Source: Eubacteriales bacterium (GTDB lineage: Bacteria > Bacillota > Clostridia > Oscillospirales > CAG-272). From it: a stretch of DNA of 64,000 nt. Shown here piece by piece: positions 18,768 to 27,518 of the stretch. Location of the stretch: positions 2,147-66,146 of the forward strand of contig JAZUBT010000014.1 of assembly GCA_045638685.1 (NCBI GenBank), in the 5' to 3' direction. Within the stretch, counting starts at the first letter, position 1. Each line of letters begins with the position of its first letter. A program made the position numbers and the translations under genes. The notes under the pieces are model-generated. The model saw nothing but the letters and a program-made list of their open reading frames with translations, made no database searches and was not told the DNA's origin.

Positions 18768-18796
18768 ATTATACAGTATCTCATACACTGTGTCAA
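18768..18796 (-). promoter_or_regulatory. Sigma-A-type promoter for the aminopeptidase gene, giving a leader of about 150 nt
   Basis: On the minus strand, TTGACA (18791-18796), 17 nt, TATAAT (18768-18773). Confidence 0.65.
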
Positions 18797-18845
18797 TAGA
18801 TTTCAGCTAATATTTACCGCTTTTTGCCGTTAAACACGAAAAAAC

Positions 18846-18874
18846 TTGACAACGGAGAAATTTAATTGTATAAT
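18846..18874 (+). promoter_or_regulatory. Sigma-A-type promoter for the M16 peptidase gene
   Basis: TTGACA (18846-18851), 17 nt, TATAAT (18869-18874). The leader contains the hairpin AAAACCGA...TCGGTTTT. Confidence 0.7.
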
Positions 18875-18953
18875 TAAGAAAACGCAGATTTTCATCATAA
18901 AACCGATTCTTTAAAAGCGGTCGGTTTTATAATTTATCCGAAAGGTCTTTTTA

Positions 18954-20219
18954 ATGGAAAAAACTTTTTACACCAAAAACGGCACCCCCGTTCACAGCTA
19001 CAAAAACACGAATATTTCGTCCTTTGCCATTTCGCTATTTTTACGCTGCGGCCCTGTGTACGAGAGTGAAAACGAAAGCGGATTTGCCCACTTTTTCGAG
19101 CACATCGTTTTTCGCAATATAAACGCTATAATGGACGGAAAGCTCTACGAAACACTTGACGCGAGCGGTCTTTACTTCAACGCCGCCACCTATGTTAACT
19201 ACGTCGAATTTTCTATAAGCGGCGCAAAGGAGCATTTTGAGGACGCCGCCAAAATAATCTCTCTCGTTCTCTCTCCGTTTGTTCTTTCGGCGGGGGAAAT
19301 AGCCACCGAGAAAAAGCGGATAAAAGCAGAAATACGCGAGGACAGCGAAAGCTCTCTTGACCGTTTTTCCGATAAAGCAGTATATGGCGGAACGCCTCTT
19401 GCAAGACCGATAACGGGAAAGTGCGGCGACGTCGAGCGTTTCGGACTTAAAATGCTCCGCATAAACAGAAAACGTTTTCTTACCAAGGAAAATATCTTCT
19501 TCTACGTTGGCGGAAGCTTTCAGGAAGCGAGCCTTGATTTTCTCACCTCGCTTATTGAAAAGCAGGAAATTTACTCCGGCCCCGCATTTACAAACATCGC
19601 ACCCGTACCCGCGAGTTTCGGTAAAAGAGGCTGCTCCGTGGCGGTTAAAAACGCAGCGTCCTGCTCGGTAAAGCTGTCGTTTGATATTAAAAACGGAGAT
19701 TACTCACTCCCCGAGCTTTTTTGTCTCTCCGACTGCCTTTTTGCTGGCGAAAGCTGTCCTATGTACCGAGAGCTATCCGAGAACACGGGACTGATTTACA
19801 GCTACGACGAGGCTCTACTCTGCTTTGAAAATATTTCGTTTTTAAGTGTCTCCTACGAGGTACGCGCAGACAAGCTTATGCGTAGCATTGAAACGGTAAT
19901 AAAGATGCTTAAAAAGGCGAAGGCTGACGCGGGCAGACGACTTAAGCTCATCACCCCCGCTTACACCGACAACGCCTATCTTATGCTTGACAGCGCCGAA
20001 ACCATTTCCTCCGATTTTGGGTATTTTAACCACATTTTAGGTTGCAAATACTACTCGGTGAGCGATCGATTTTCTGCCTTTTCCTCCCTTTCCGAGGAAA
20101 GAATAACCGCCCTTGCCGACGAGGTGTTTACGCCGGATAATCTTGTGATTTCAGTTAAGGGAAACAAAAAGAAAATTGACGTTACGGAGATAAAGAGGAT
20201 AGTGAAAGAAAATTTATAA
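18954..20219 (+). CDS. M16 (pitrilysin/insulinase) family zinc peptidase
   Basis: Inverted zinc motif HxxEH (FAHFFEHIVF) near the N-terminus. The 421-aa size fits a two-domain M16 protein. Confidence 0.8.
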   Translation: MEKTFYTKNGTPVHSYKNTNISSFAISLFLRCGPVYESENESGFAHFFEHIVFRNINAIMDGKLYETLDASGLYFNAATYVNYVEFSISGAKEHFEDAAKIISLVLSPFVLSAGEIATEKKRIKAEIREDSESSLDRFSDKAVYGGTPLARPITGKCGDVERFGLKMLRINRKRFLTKENIFFYVGGSFQEASLDFLTSLIEKQEIYSGPAFTNIAPVPASFGKRGCSVAVKNAASCSVKLSFDIKNGDYSLPELFCLSDCLFAGESCPMYRELSENTGLIYSYDEALLCFENISFLSVSYEVRADKLMRSIETVIKMLKKAKADAGRRLKLITPAYTDNAYLMLDSAETISSDFGYFNHILGCKYYSVSDRFSAFSSLSEERITALADEVFTPDNLVISVKGNKKKIDVTEIKRIVKENL

Positions 20220-20222
20220 GAG

Positions 20223-20255
20223 AAAAAAGCCTTCCCGATTTGGGAAGGCTTTTTA
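20223..20255. terminator. Bidirectional intrinsic terminator between the M16 peptidase gene (+) and manA (-)
   Basis: AAGCCTTCCC-gattt-GGGAAGGCTT, flanked by an A-run and a T-run. Confidence 0.85.
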
Positions 20256-20261
20256 AATTAA

Positions 20262-21206
20262 TTAAAGCGTTGATTTAACAACGTGCATATTGCCGCGGAA
20301 AGTGATTTCGCCCGCACCCGCAAAGGCGAAAACGGTGCTTCCCTTTGTAACGTTTATCTCCTCGTCGCTTGAAATTATCGCGCCTGCGCCCTCGGTAACG
20401 GTGAACGCCGCAAAGCTCTTTTCCGTAACGTCGGTTTTCTCCTCGCCGTGGACGTCGATAACAGAAACGTTAAAGAACGGGCAGGAAACCATCACCTTTT
20501 CGCTACCATTCTGCACACCCTTTTCGTAAAACTCGGTCTGTACGTTAAGGTTAGACGCTATAATTCCCTTTTCTATATGAAGTTCTCTTTCATTTCCGTT
20601 TGCATCCTTACGCTTGTAGTCATAAAGACGGTAAGTGGTGTCGGACGTCTGCTGAATCTCGCATATCGTAATACCGGCGCCTATTGCGTGAATGGTACCC
20701 GCTTTAATAAAGAAGGTGTCGCCCGTCTTAACGGGAACCTTGTTAAGGTAATCGGTTATGGTGCCGTCAAGAATTGCCTCGCGGAACCTCTCGCCGCTTA
20801 ATTTCTCCTTTACGCCATAGTAAAGATACGCGTCCTTTTCCGCCTCGCAGATTATCCACATTTCGGTTTTACCGCCGTCCGCATTAAGCTCTTTAGCGTT
20901 TTCGTCGCTCGGGTGGACCTGTATTGAAAGCGGCTGCGCGGCATCTATAAGCTTAATGAGTATAGGTAATTTATCATTCCCGTCTGCCGCTGTTCCGAGA
21001 ATCTCCTTTCCCTCGGCGGCAATAACCTCATTAATAGTTTTTCCGTCATATTTACCACCGTCAGCGCGACTCTCCTTGCCCTCGTATCCTGAAAGCTCCC
21101 ACGCCTCGGCAATATCCTTAAACGCGGTTTTTCCGTATTTATCGTAAAGATTTGTACCTCCCCATATCGCCTTATGGCAGTATGGCTTTAATTTTACAAG
21201 CTTCAT
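20262..21206 (-). CDS. manA: Mannose-6-phosphate isomerase, class I
   Basis: LSIQVHPSDE and GKTEMWII metal-binding motifs of type I PMI, with GTIHAIG. 314 aa. Confidence 0.85.
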   Translation of the reverse strand: MKLVKLKPYCHKAIWGGTNLYDKYGKTAFKDIAEAWELSGYEGKESRADGGKYDGKTINEVIAAEGKEILGTAADGNDKLPILIKLIDAAQPLSIQVHPSDENAKELNADGGKTEMWIICEAEKDAYLYYGVKEKLSGERFREAILDGTITDYLNKVPVKTGDTFFIKAGTIHAIGAGITICEIQQTSDTTYRLYDYKRKDANGNERELHIEKGIIASNLNVQTEFYEKGVQNGSEKVMVSCPFFNVSVIDVHGEEKTDVTEKSFAAFTVTEGAGAIISSDEEINVTKGSTVFAFAGAGEITFRGNMHVVKSTL

Positions 21207-21235
21207 CCTTGATTTTCTCCTTTGTATTTCTTAAG

Positions 21236-21802
21236 TTATGTTAATCCGTAGTAGTCAAGCAGTCCGTTATATATTCCCCTTGCGTAAAGCGCAGGATTAT
21301 CGTTCATAAACGCCGCCTCGCCGGGGTTAGTTATAAAACCGAGCTCAATAAGTACTGCGGGCATATTGGTTTTTCTTAAAACGTAAAGCGACGGTCTTAC
21401 AAAAACGCCTCTGTTAGGATACCCCGTAGCATCGGTGAGATTTTCAAGAATATCCTCCGCAAGCGCCTCTGCCGGACTGCTTCTGCTGAAAATGTAAGCC
21501 TCACTTCCCGTTGCCGACGTTATATCCGAGGCGTTTACGTGAATGGACAGAAACGCGTCCGCGCCATAGTTATTGGCGGCTGTCGTTCTGATATTAAGGC
21601 TCTCCGCATTTGACGTTCCGAGAACCTCCGACGGACTGCCGCGCGAAAGAAGGACGTCAAAATTTCCGTTTTGTCGGAGCAGATCGGCAAGAGCCACGCC
21701 GACCGCGTAAGTAATATCCTGCTCGCGAAGTCCGTTTCCCTCGGCGCCCGCATTAGGATTTCGTGGGTTATGTCCCTGATCAATAAAAATCTTGATAGCC
21801 AT
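21236..21802 (-). CDS. N-acetylmuramoyl-L-alanine amidase (Amidase_3 family)
   Basis: IFIDQGHN...GAEG...E (zinc ligands), DAFLSIHVNA, PAVLIELGFITN. No signal peptide is visible. Confidence 0.85.
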   Translation of the reverse strand: MAIKIFIDQGHNPRNPNAGAEGNGLREQDITYAVGVALADLLRQNGNFDVLLSRGSPSEVLGTSNAESLNIRTTAANNYGADAFLSIHVNASDITSATGSEAYIFSRSSPAEALAEDILENLTDATGYPNRGVFVRPSLYVLRKTNMPAVLIELGFITNPGEAAFMNDNPALYARGIYNGLLDYYGLT

Positions 21803-21935
21803 AGCTTTCTCCTCTAAGAAATGTTTTGCCGTTTTAACGGCGTTCGTTACATTATATTCTTAAAAAGGGAGTTATGCCACGGCTGTCTCGACATTTTTTA
21901 GTGTTTTTAGGTCTAAAACGGATTTTTAAACCGTC

Positions 21936-23234
21936 TTATTCCGGAGATTTTTCTCCGCATTCGGGGCAGAATTTAAACGAAGCTTTTGACTTATATCCGC
22001 ATTTACATATAAACTCATCTGCCGGCTTCTTGCTTCCGCACTCCGGACAGAATTTTCCGGTATTTACCGATCCACAGGCGCATTTCCACCCTCCTTCGGG
22101 CATCTGCACCGGCTTTTTAGCTCCGCACTGATAGCAGAACTTTCCTTTATTTCCCGCTCCGCATTCACATTCCCATACGGAATTGCTCTCTTCCGCCTTT
22201 TTAGCTGCTTCTCTTTCGGCATTTTCCTTTTCGTTAAGCGCCGCGGCGGTGTTAAGAAGTGCTCCCTGCGACTGGGCGTTATTTCCCATAGCGTTGCCCA
22301 TCATTCCGAGTCCCATAAATCCTGTCATAGCGCCCGCTGAGTTTTCCGCCGCCCTTTGCATCGCCTGCATCTGAGCGTAGGCAAGGCCTCCAGCCATCGC
22401 ATTAGGATTTGAATGCATAACGTTGGTATCAAACTCCTCTATACGCTTACGGCTCTTTTCGTCGGGCGTAACCTTGACTATTGCTACGGAAACGACGTCG
22501 AGACCGCGTTTTACGCCCCACTCCTCGTCGAGAGTTTCGGACATATATTTCGCTATTTCTCTCTGCTTCATCGGAATCTGACTAAACTTTATTCCTTCCG
22601 CGGAAAGCATACCGAGAGAGGTGTCAAGAGCGGTCATAAACTCGTCCTTGCACATATCCATAAGCGTATCCTTGGTATAGACGTCGGAAACCGCTCCCGC
22701 GACCGACGAGAAGAACACGATAGGATCCTTTATACGGAATGAAAACTGTCCGAAATATCTGATGTAAAGGGCGGTTCTGTAATAAGGATCGTCGTACACC
22801 ATAGGAGAGGTTGTACCGAACTTATTATCCATTATTTCCTTTACGTTGACGTAGTAAACTCTCTGAACCTTTGCCTTGTCTCCGCCAAAGGTAAAGCGTT
22901 CTCCAACCTTTTTAAAGGAATCAACGATACCGTTCCAAAGTCCGCCGCAGAAAATTGACGGCTCGCTCGAAGCGTCCCAGATAAATCTTCCCGGCTCCGC
23001 GCAAAACTCAACAATCTTTCCGTCCTCAACGATTATAGCTGCCTGACCTTCGGCAACCGCGATAGCCGAGCCGTTTGAAATAATATCCTCTTTTCCCTTA
23101 TTATTTCCCTTTGTCTGCTTTTTTCCTTTAACTATAAGCTGATCGCCTGTCATAGAATCAGCCCAGAAGTACTCCTTCCACTGGTCGGCAAGAACGCTTC
23201 CCGCCGCGCCAAGCGCTGCTCTGATAAGTCCCAT
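21936..23234 (-). CDS. SPFH/band-7-like protein with three C-terminal zinc-ribbon repeats (YdjI / COG4260-like)
   Basis: The N-terminus MGLIRAALGAAGSVLADQWKEYF is typical of the YdjI-like family as I remember it. The C-terminus carries WECECGAGNKGKFCYQCG, WKCACGSVNTGKFCPECG and FICKCGYKSKASFKFCPECG. Confidence 0.7.
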   Translation of the reverse strand: MGLIRAALGAAGSVLADQWKEYFWADSMTGDQLIVKGKKQTKGNNKGKEDIISNGSAIAVAEGQAAIIVEDGKIVEFCAEPGRFIWDASSEPSIFCGGLWNGIVDSFKKVGERFTFGGDKAKVQRVYYVNVKEIMDNKFGTTSPMVYDDPYYRTALYIRYFGQFSFRIKDPIVFFSSVAGAVSDVYTKDTLMDMCKDEFMTALDTSLGMLSAEGIKFSQIPMKQREIAKYMSETLDEEWGVKRGLDVVSVAIVKVTPDEKSRKRIEEFDTNVMHSNPNAMAGGLAYAQMQAMQRAAENSAGAMTGFMGLGMMGNAMGNNAQSQGALLNTAAALNEKENAEREAAKKAEESNSVWECECGAGNKGKFCYQCGAKKPVQMPEGGWKCACGSVNTGKFCPECGSKKPADEFICKCGYKSKASFKFCPECGEKSPE

Positions 23235-23295
23235 ATTTTAATTCCTTTCCGTACGTAAAAATGAATGTAATTAAAGAGTTTATTCTTATAATAAT

Positions 23296-23324
23296 ATTTT
23301 ACAGCATTAAAAACTCCGTGTCAA
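23296..23324 (-). promoter_or_regulatory. Sigma-A-type promoter for the SPFH/zinc-ribbon gene
   Basis: On the minus strand, TTGACA (23319-23324), 17 nt, TAAAAT (23296-23301). Confidence 0.6.
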
Positions 23325-23385
23325 GTAATGTTTCATTAATTTATGAAAAAAATTTCTTGCATTTTTGATATAATTTCACAAATTA

Positions 23386-23421
23386 AGAAAAATCCCCGCA
23401 GCTGAAAAACAGCGGCAGGGA
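23386..23421 (-). terminator. Intrinsic terminator after the WYL regulator gene
   Basis: On the minus strand, CCCTGCCGCTG-ttttt-CAGCTGCGGGG followed by ATTTTTC. Confidence 0.65.
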
Positions 23422-23467
23422 ATTTATTGTTTTTTACAAAGCAATAAAAGCGGCACTAAGTTAAAGC

Positions 23468-24463
23468 TTACTCTTTACTACTCTTTTCAAAGCCTTGCAT
23501 AGCTCTTAAAATCTGCTCTTTATATTCATTAACGACGCTTTCCGGAGAAAGAATTTGAAGCGCTCCGTCAAAGCCGAAAACCCAGGAGAAAAATCTTACG
23601 CTTATTTCTATTGGCGCATAAAACTCAAAGCAGTCTCCCTGCTCGGTAACGTTCAGAGACATACCGAAACGGTCAAACATTGCCCCCGCAAAACGGTTAT
23701 CGCAGCGAAAATGCACCATTTCCTCTCTACCCTTAAACATTTCAAAAACGTTTCCGTAGTATTTTGCGAGAGATATTTTTTCAAATTCCTCCCTTCCACG
23801 TCTTGCCTCTCCGGTAAGCTTAATTTTCTCCATTCTGTCAACGCGGTAATGTCTTATTCCGCGGAAATCGTGATCAAAGGCTATAAGATAGTAGTTATCC
23901 TCTCTCCACATAAGAGACCAAGGGCTTACACGGTAGCTTTCTCCGTTTCTTCTTTCCACCTTCTTTTTCGATGGAGTTAGCTCGGTATATTTAAAGGTAA
24001 TCGAGCTGTTTTCGGATATTCCTTTATGTATATCGTCTATCAGATACAGAACACCGCTCTGCTTTTCTTCTCTGTCGTAAACGTAAACGCTTCGCGAGAG
24101 CTCGCTTTCCTCATATCGGCTGGAAAGCTTTGACAGCTTTTTAATAAGAGACGTACACTGCTTTTTGGATATAAAACGGCAGGACTGAACGGCGTCAACA
24201 AGCATTTTCAGCTCCGCAAGCTCAAAGTCTCTGCTTAATGTACGAAAGCCGCCGCTTCTTCCCTCCACCTGCATAACGTCGATAAGCCCCGCGTCATCAA
24301 GCGCGTATATATCGCTGTAAACGCTTTTTCTTTCGGCTGAAATCCCATACTTTTCGAGGAGCTCTATTATTTTTTTAGTTGTAACCGAGTGATTTTCGTC
24401 CGTTTCTCTTAAAAGAATATCTCTGACGTAAAGCGCTTTAAGTCTTTGGTTTTCCTTTTTCAT
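23468..24463 (-). CDS. WYL-domain transcriptional regulator (N-terminal wHTH, central WYL, C-terminal extension)
   Basis: HTH region ITTKKIIELLEKYGISAERKSVYSDIYAL. WYL core YRVSPWSLMWREDNYYLIAFD. 331 aa. Confidence 0.8.
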   Translation of the reverse strand: MKKENQRLKALYVRDILLRETDENHSVTTKKIIELLEKYGISAERKSVYSDIYALDDAGLIDVMQVEGRSGGFRTLSRDFELAELKMLVDAVQSCRFISKKQCTSLIKKLSKLSSRYEESELSRSVYVYDREEKQSGVLYLIDDIHKGISENSSITFKYTELTPSKKKVERRNGESYRVSPWSLMWREDNYYLIAFDHDFRGIRHYRVDRMEKIKLTGEARRGREEFEKISLAKYYGNVFEMFKGREEMVHFRCDNRFAGAMFDRFGMSLNVTEQGDCFEFYAPIEISVRFFSWVFGFDGALQILSPESVVNEYKEQILRAMQGFEKSSKE

Positions 24464-24500
24464 AGCATTTTTCCTCTATTTTAATATCGTAAGTTACAAT

Positions 24501-25877
24501 TTATAACGAGTTTGCAATTTTCTTAAATAATCTTCCGCGCTGCTCAAAATTTTCAAAAGCATCAAAGCTTGCCGATGCCGGAGAAAGCAAAACCTTGCCT
24601 CCGTCCTTGGTTAGCTCCGCCGCTATACGCACCGCTTTTTCAAAGTCATTTTCATAGTAAACGTTACAGCTTTGTCCGTAGGCGCACTGTTTTTCTATCG
24701 CTTTTTTTATCACGTCGGCTGACGCGCCCGTTACCACTACGTTATCTGCACGTTTTAGCAGCTCATACGCAAACTCTCCGTAATCGAGATGCTTATCGTA
24801 TCCGCCGCAGATTACAGTCAGCGGCTTTTCAAAGCATTTAAGCGTTATAACAGACCTCGACGGAGTGGAATCAATGGAGCTGTTATAGAACGAGACTCCG
24901 CCTATATTTCGCACAAATTCCATTCTGTGCTCCGCTCCCGAAAAGGTTTCAAAAACGCTCTTTATATCGGAAAAGGCAGCGTCATTTTTGGTTATTCCGA
25001 TAGCCGTCATATAGTTTTGTATATTATGAAATCCGGGGATTTTTATTATATTTCCGTCAAGTATCCTTTTTCCGTAAAGGTAAATACCGCCGTCCTTAAA
25101 ATATATATCGGTATTATCTCCCGATGGAGAGATTTCGGTAATTTTACTCGGTAGCGAATGCTTCTCTACACTTAAATATTTATTTTTTAGCAGCGATAAC
25201 GTTTGGGTATCGGTTACAAGCTCACAGCAGCCCTTTCCCGAATAAATACGCCGTTTAGCACTTACGTATTCCGTCATATTTCTATGGTAATCAAGGTGAT
25301 TTTCGGTTATATTGGTTATCGCCGCGATATACGGAGAAGTGCACATAGTCATAAGCTGAAAGCTTGAAAGCTCGGCAACGGTAACGTCATTTTCCGTAAG
25401 AAGGTCAAGAAATGAGATAAGCGGAGTACCGATATTTCCCCCAACAAACACTCTTTTTTTACTGTTTTCAAAGGCTTTTTCAAGGATTTTTCCTGTAATG
25501 GTGGTTGTTGTTGTTTTTCCGTCGCTACCGGTTATTCCGTATATTTTCCCCCTTGCTCTTTCAAAAAACAGCTCCGTTTCGCTGCTTAAAATCGCTCCGC
25601 TATCTACCGCCTCGGTTACCTCTCTCCGAAAGGGGCTTATCCCCGGCGTTCTGAACACAAAGTCAAATTTATTTTTATTTGTACTGTTAAAAAGCTTTAT
25701 GCCTCCACATCCGTCTTTTTCCGTTTCCGAAATAATTACAGCTTCCGACTTCTTTTTATCTGCTACGGTAACGTTTGCTCCGTTTTTTATCAGCCATTTC
25801 GCAAGCGCTCGGTTTGATTTTCCAAATCCAAGCAGCAGACATTTACTTCCTGAAAAGCTTTTCGGAAGATTAATCAA
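24501..25877 (-). CDS. murD: UDP-N-acetylmuramoyl-L-alanine--D-glutamate ligase
   Basis: GFGKSNRALAKWL Rossmann N-terminus, the GITGSDGKTTTTT P-loop, and Mur ligase middle and C-terminal domains. I prefer the TTG start at 25877 (GAAAGGGG RBS 8 nt upstream). The alternative ATG at 25916 has no RBS. The ORF-track start at 26096 translates a DNA repeat array. Confidence 0.9.
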   Translation of the reverse strand: MINLPKSFSGSKCLLLGFGKSNRALAKWLIKNGANVTVADKKKSEAVIISETEKDGCGGIKLFNSTNKNKFDFVFRTPGISPFRREVTEAVDSGAILSSETELFFERARGKIYGITGSDGKTTTTTITGKILEKAFENSKKRVFVGGNIGTPLISFLDLLTENDVTVAELSSFQLMTMCTSPYIAAITNITENHLDYHRNMTEYVSAKRRIYSGKGCCELVTDTQTLSLLKNKYLSVEKHSLPSKITEISPSGDNTDIYFKDGGIYLYGKRILDGNIIKIPGFHNIQNYMTAIGITKNDAAFSDIKSVFETFSGAEHRMEFVRNIGGVSFYNSSIDSTPSRSVITLKCFEKPLTVICGGYDKHLDYGEFAYELLKRADNVVVTGASADVIKKAIEKQCAYGQSCNVYYENDFEKAVRIAAELTKDGGKVLLSPASASFDAFENFEQRGRLFKKIANSL

Positions 25878-25961
25878 AAAATAACCCCTTTCAGATAAAT
25901 AATTTCTTACAAGCATTTTTAAAGCCGAACGTATATGGACGAACCTAAAATATATACCGAA

Positions 25962-26129
25962 CGAAATCCGAATATCACAGCTGAAATTCGAATTTATAAC
26001 AGCAAAATTCAAAATTATTAAAGCAAAATCCGAGTTTATAACAGTGAAATTCAAAATTATTAAAGCAAAATCCGAGTTTATAACAACGAAATTCAAAATT
26101 ATTACAGCAAAATCCGAATTTATAATAGC
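25962..26129. repeat. Eight tandem 21-bp AT-rich units (alternating two variants, so a 42-bp super-period)
   Basis: The units are GAAATTCGAATTTATAACAGC / AAAATTCAAAATTATTAAAGC / AAAATCCGAGTTTATAACAGT and variants, in exact 21-bp register from 25962 to 26129. The array lies between the rnpB terminator and murD. Confidence 0.9.
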
Positions 26130-26176
26130 AAAAAGACCGTAGCAGATAAACTTTAACGTCTGTTAACGGTCTTTTT
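26128..26176 (-). terminator. Probable intrinsic terminator of rnpB
   Basis: On the minus strand, AAAGACCGT-(25-nt loop)-ACGGTCTTT followed by TTGC. The loop is long, so strength is uncertain. Confidence 0.5.
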
Positions 26177-26183
26177 TCTCTTT

Positions 26184-26556
26184 GGTGAGAGTGGACTTAT
26201 AAGCCGGGTTCTGTGCCGGTTAAAACCGACCGCAGTTATCTATCTTGGCTGCACGTCGCCGCGCAGCTCCTCGCCACCTGCGAAAAAACATCGGGCAAAT
26301 GCGGATTGCTCCTTTTCGCGTGCGGTGTTGCTTTGGATAGGGTTTACATTTGCGACTTTGTTACCAAAGTGCCGGTGAGCTCTTACCTCGCCTTTCCATC
26401 CTTACCTGCCGTGAAGACAGGCGGTTTATTTCTGTTGCACTTTCCCGGAGGTTACCCTCGGCTGACGTTATCAGTTATCCTGCCCTGTAAAGCCCGGACT
26501 TTCCTCATAATAATACCTTTCGGCGTGATATTACGCAACTGCGCCGTCTACTCCCA
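26184..26556 (-). ncRNA. rnpB: RNase P RNA (bacterial, probably type A)
   Basis: The minus strand contains the universal P4 strands GAGGAAAGUCCGGGC (+ strand 26492-26506) and ACAGAACCCGGCUUAUAAG near the 3' end. P1 pairs GGGAGUAGAC with GUCCACUCUC. Length is about 373 nt, with its own consensus promoter. Confidence 0.9.
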
Positions 26557-26561
26557 TAATC

Positions 26562-26590
26562 ATTATACACGGAAAGAATTTTTTTGTCAA
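26562..26590 (-). promoter_or_regulatory. Sigma-A consensus promoter for rnpB
   Basis: On the minus strand, TTGACA (26585-26590), 17 nt, TATAAT (26562-26567). The TSS is predicted at about 26555, the 5' end of P1. Confidence 0.8.
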
Positions 26591-26611
26591 GATTATTCGT
26601 TGAATTGACCT

Positions 26612-26721
26612 GAAATTTGTATTTAACAGCTTAATAATTTAATTCGGCATAAAATTTGCATTTAACAGTCAAATAATTTGATTTGGCCTCAAATTTACGT
26701 TTAACAGCTTAATTTTTAAGC
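26612..26721. repeat. Three tandem ~39-bp AT-rich units related to the 25962-26129 array
   Basis: GAAATTTGTATTTAACAGC+TTAATAATTTAATTCGGCAT / AAAATTTGCATTTAACAGT+CAAATAATTTGATTTGGCCTC / AAATTTACGTTTAACAGC+TTAATTTTTAAGC. The core AAATT.G.ATTTAACAG resembles the 21-bp unit on the other side of rnpB. Confidence 0.85.
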
Positions 26722-26748
26722 AGAAATAAGCTTTTTAGCTGTTTTAGT

Positions 26749-27393
26749 TCAGACGTTTCTCGGAAGCCCCGTTGCAAGCTCTCCCATATGCTCGCTATAC
26801 CCGTATTTTACTAACTTAAACTCTCCGTCCTCGACATCAATAACGGTAACCGATGCGTTAGGCGCCCAGATTACCTCCCTTGCAAGCTCTACGGGAATCC
26901 CTTTAGCCTTAACACACGCCATTCTTATAGGGGTTGCGTGAGTAGCAATACATACCGTCTCTCCCTCGTACATTCCCGCTATCCTTAAAAGCTCGGCAAT
27001 TATTCTGTCGGAAAGCTCTTTAACACTCTCGCCGCCCGTCGGTCTTGCATTACCGATATCCTCTCTCCAACACTTAAAATCCTCGGCAAATTCGGTTTCA
27101 AGATCGTTAAAAAGCCTGTTTTCCCACTCACCCGCGTAAATTTCGCGAAGCTCGGTATCAGCTATAATACTTAAATTCTTTTCGTCTGCGATATGCTCAG
27201 CAGTCTGCCACGCTCTTTTAAGATCGCTTGAATATATAACGTCTATTTTTTCGTTTTTAAGGTATTTTGCCGTACACTGCGCCTGCCTATGCCCAAGCTC
27301 GGTAAGGTCAAGGTCGGTATGTCCGAGAAAGGAACGAACGAGATTTCCTTCGCTCTGTCCGTGTCTGACAAGAATAAGTCTGCATTTACTCAT
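26749..27393 (-). CDS. Histidine phosphatase family protein (phosphoglycerate mutase / alpha-ribazole phosphatase-like)
   Basis: N-terminal LILVRHGQSEGN (RHG catalytic motif) and a second catalytic His in IATHATPIR. 214 aa. Confidence 0.85.
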   Translation of the reverse strand: MSKCRLILVRHGQSEGNLVRSFLGHTDLDLTELGHRQAQCTAKYLKNEKIDVIYSSDLKRAWQTAEHIADEKNLSIIADTELREIYAGEWENRLFNDLETEFAEDFKCWREDIGNARPTGGESVKELSDRIIAELLRIAGMYEGETVCIATHATPIRMACVKAKGIPVELAREVIWAPNASVTVIDVEDGEFKLVKYGYSEHMGELATGLPRNV

Positions 27394-27518
27394 AATATCT
27401 CTCTTTTCGTCATATTTTGCCGTAGTTAAAGCCGTAATCGTTATTTGTTTACGATTTACGGCTTAGCTTGTATTATATTTCTGCCGTCCGACATGTGTTT
27501 TTCGGTGGCGTTTTTTAG

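Noticed and set aside
25878-26096. N-terminal 60-73 aa extension of the murD ORF (NFVVINSDFALIILNF repeated)
   Set aside because: It is the translation of the 21-bp DNA repeat array. MurD homology starts at about KCLLLGFG, and an RBS-backed TTG start exists at 25877.
25962-26129. Possible CRISPR array
   Set aside because: The units are contiguous 21-bp AT-rich repeats with no unique spacers. No cas genes occur anywhere in the window.
26213-26608. 131-aa + strand ORF
   Set aside because: It overlaps the RNase P RNA gene on the opposite strand. The region is explained by rnpB (P4 sequences, P1 pairing, consensus promoter).
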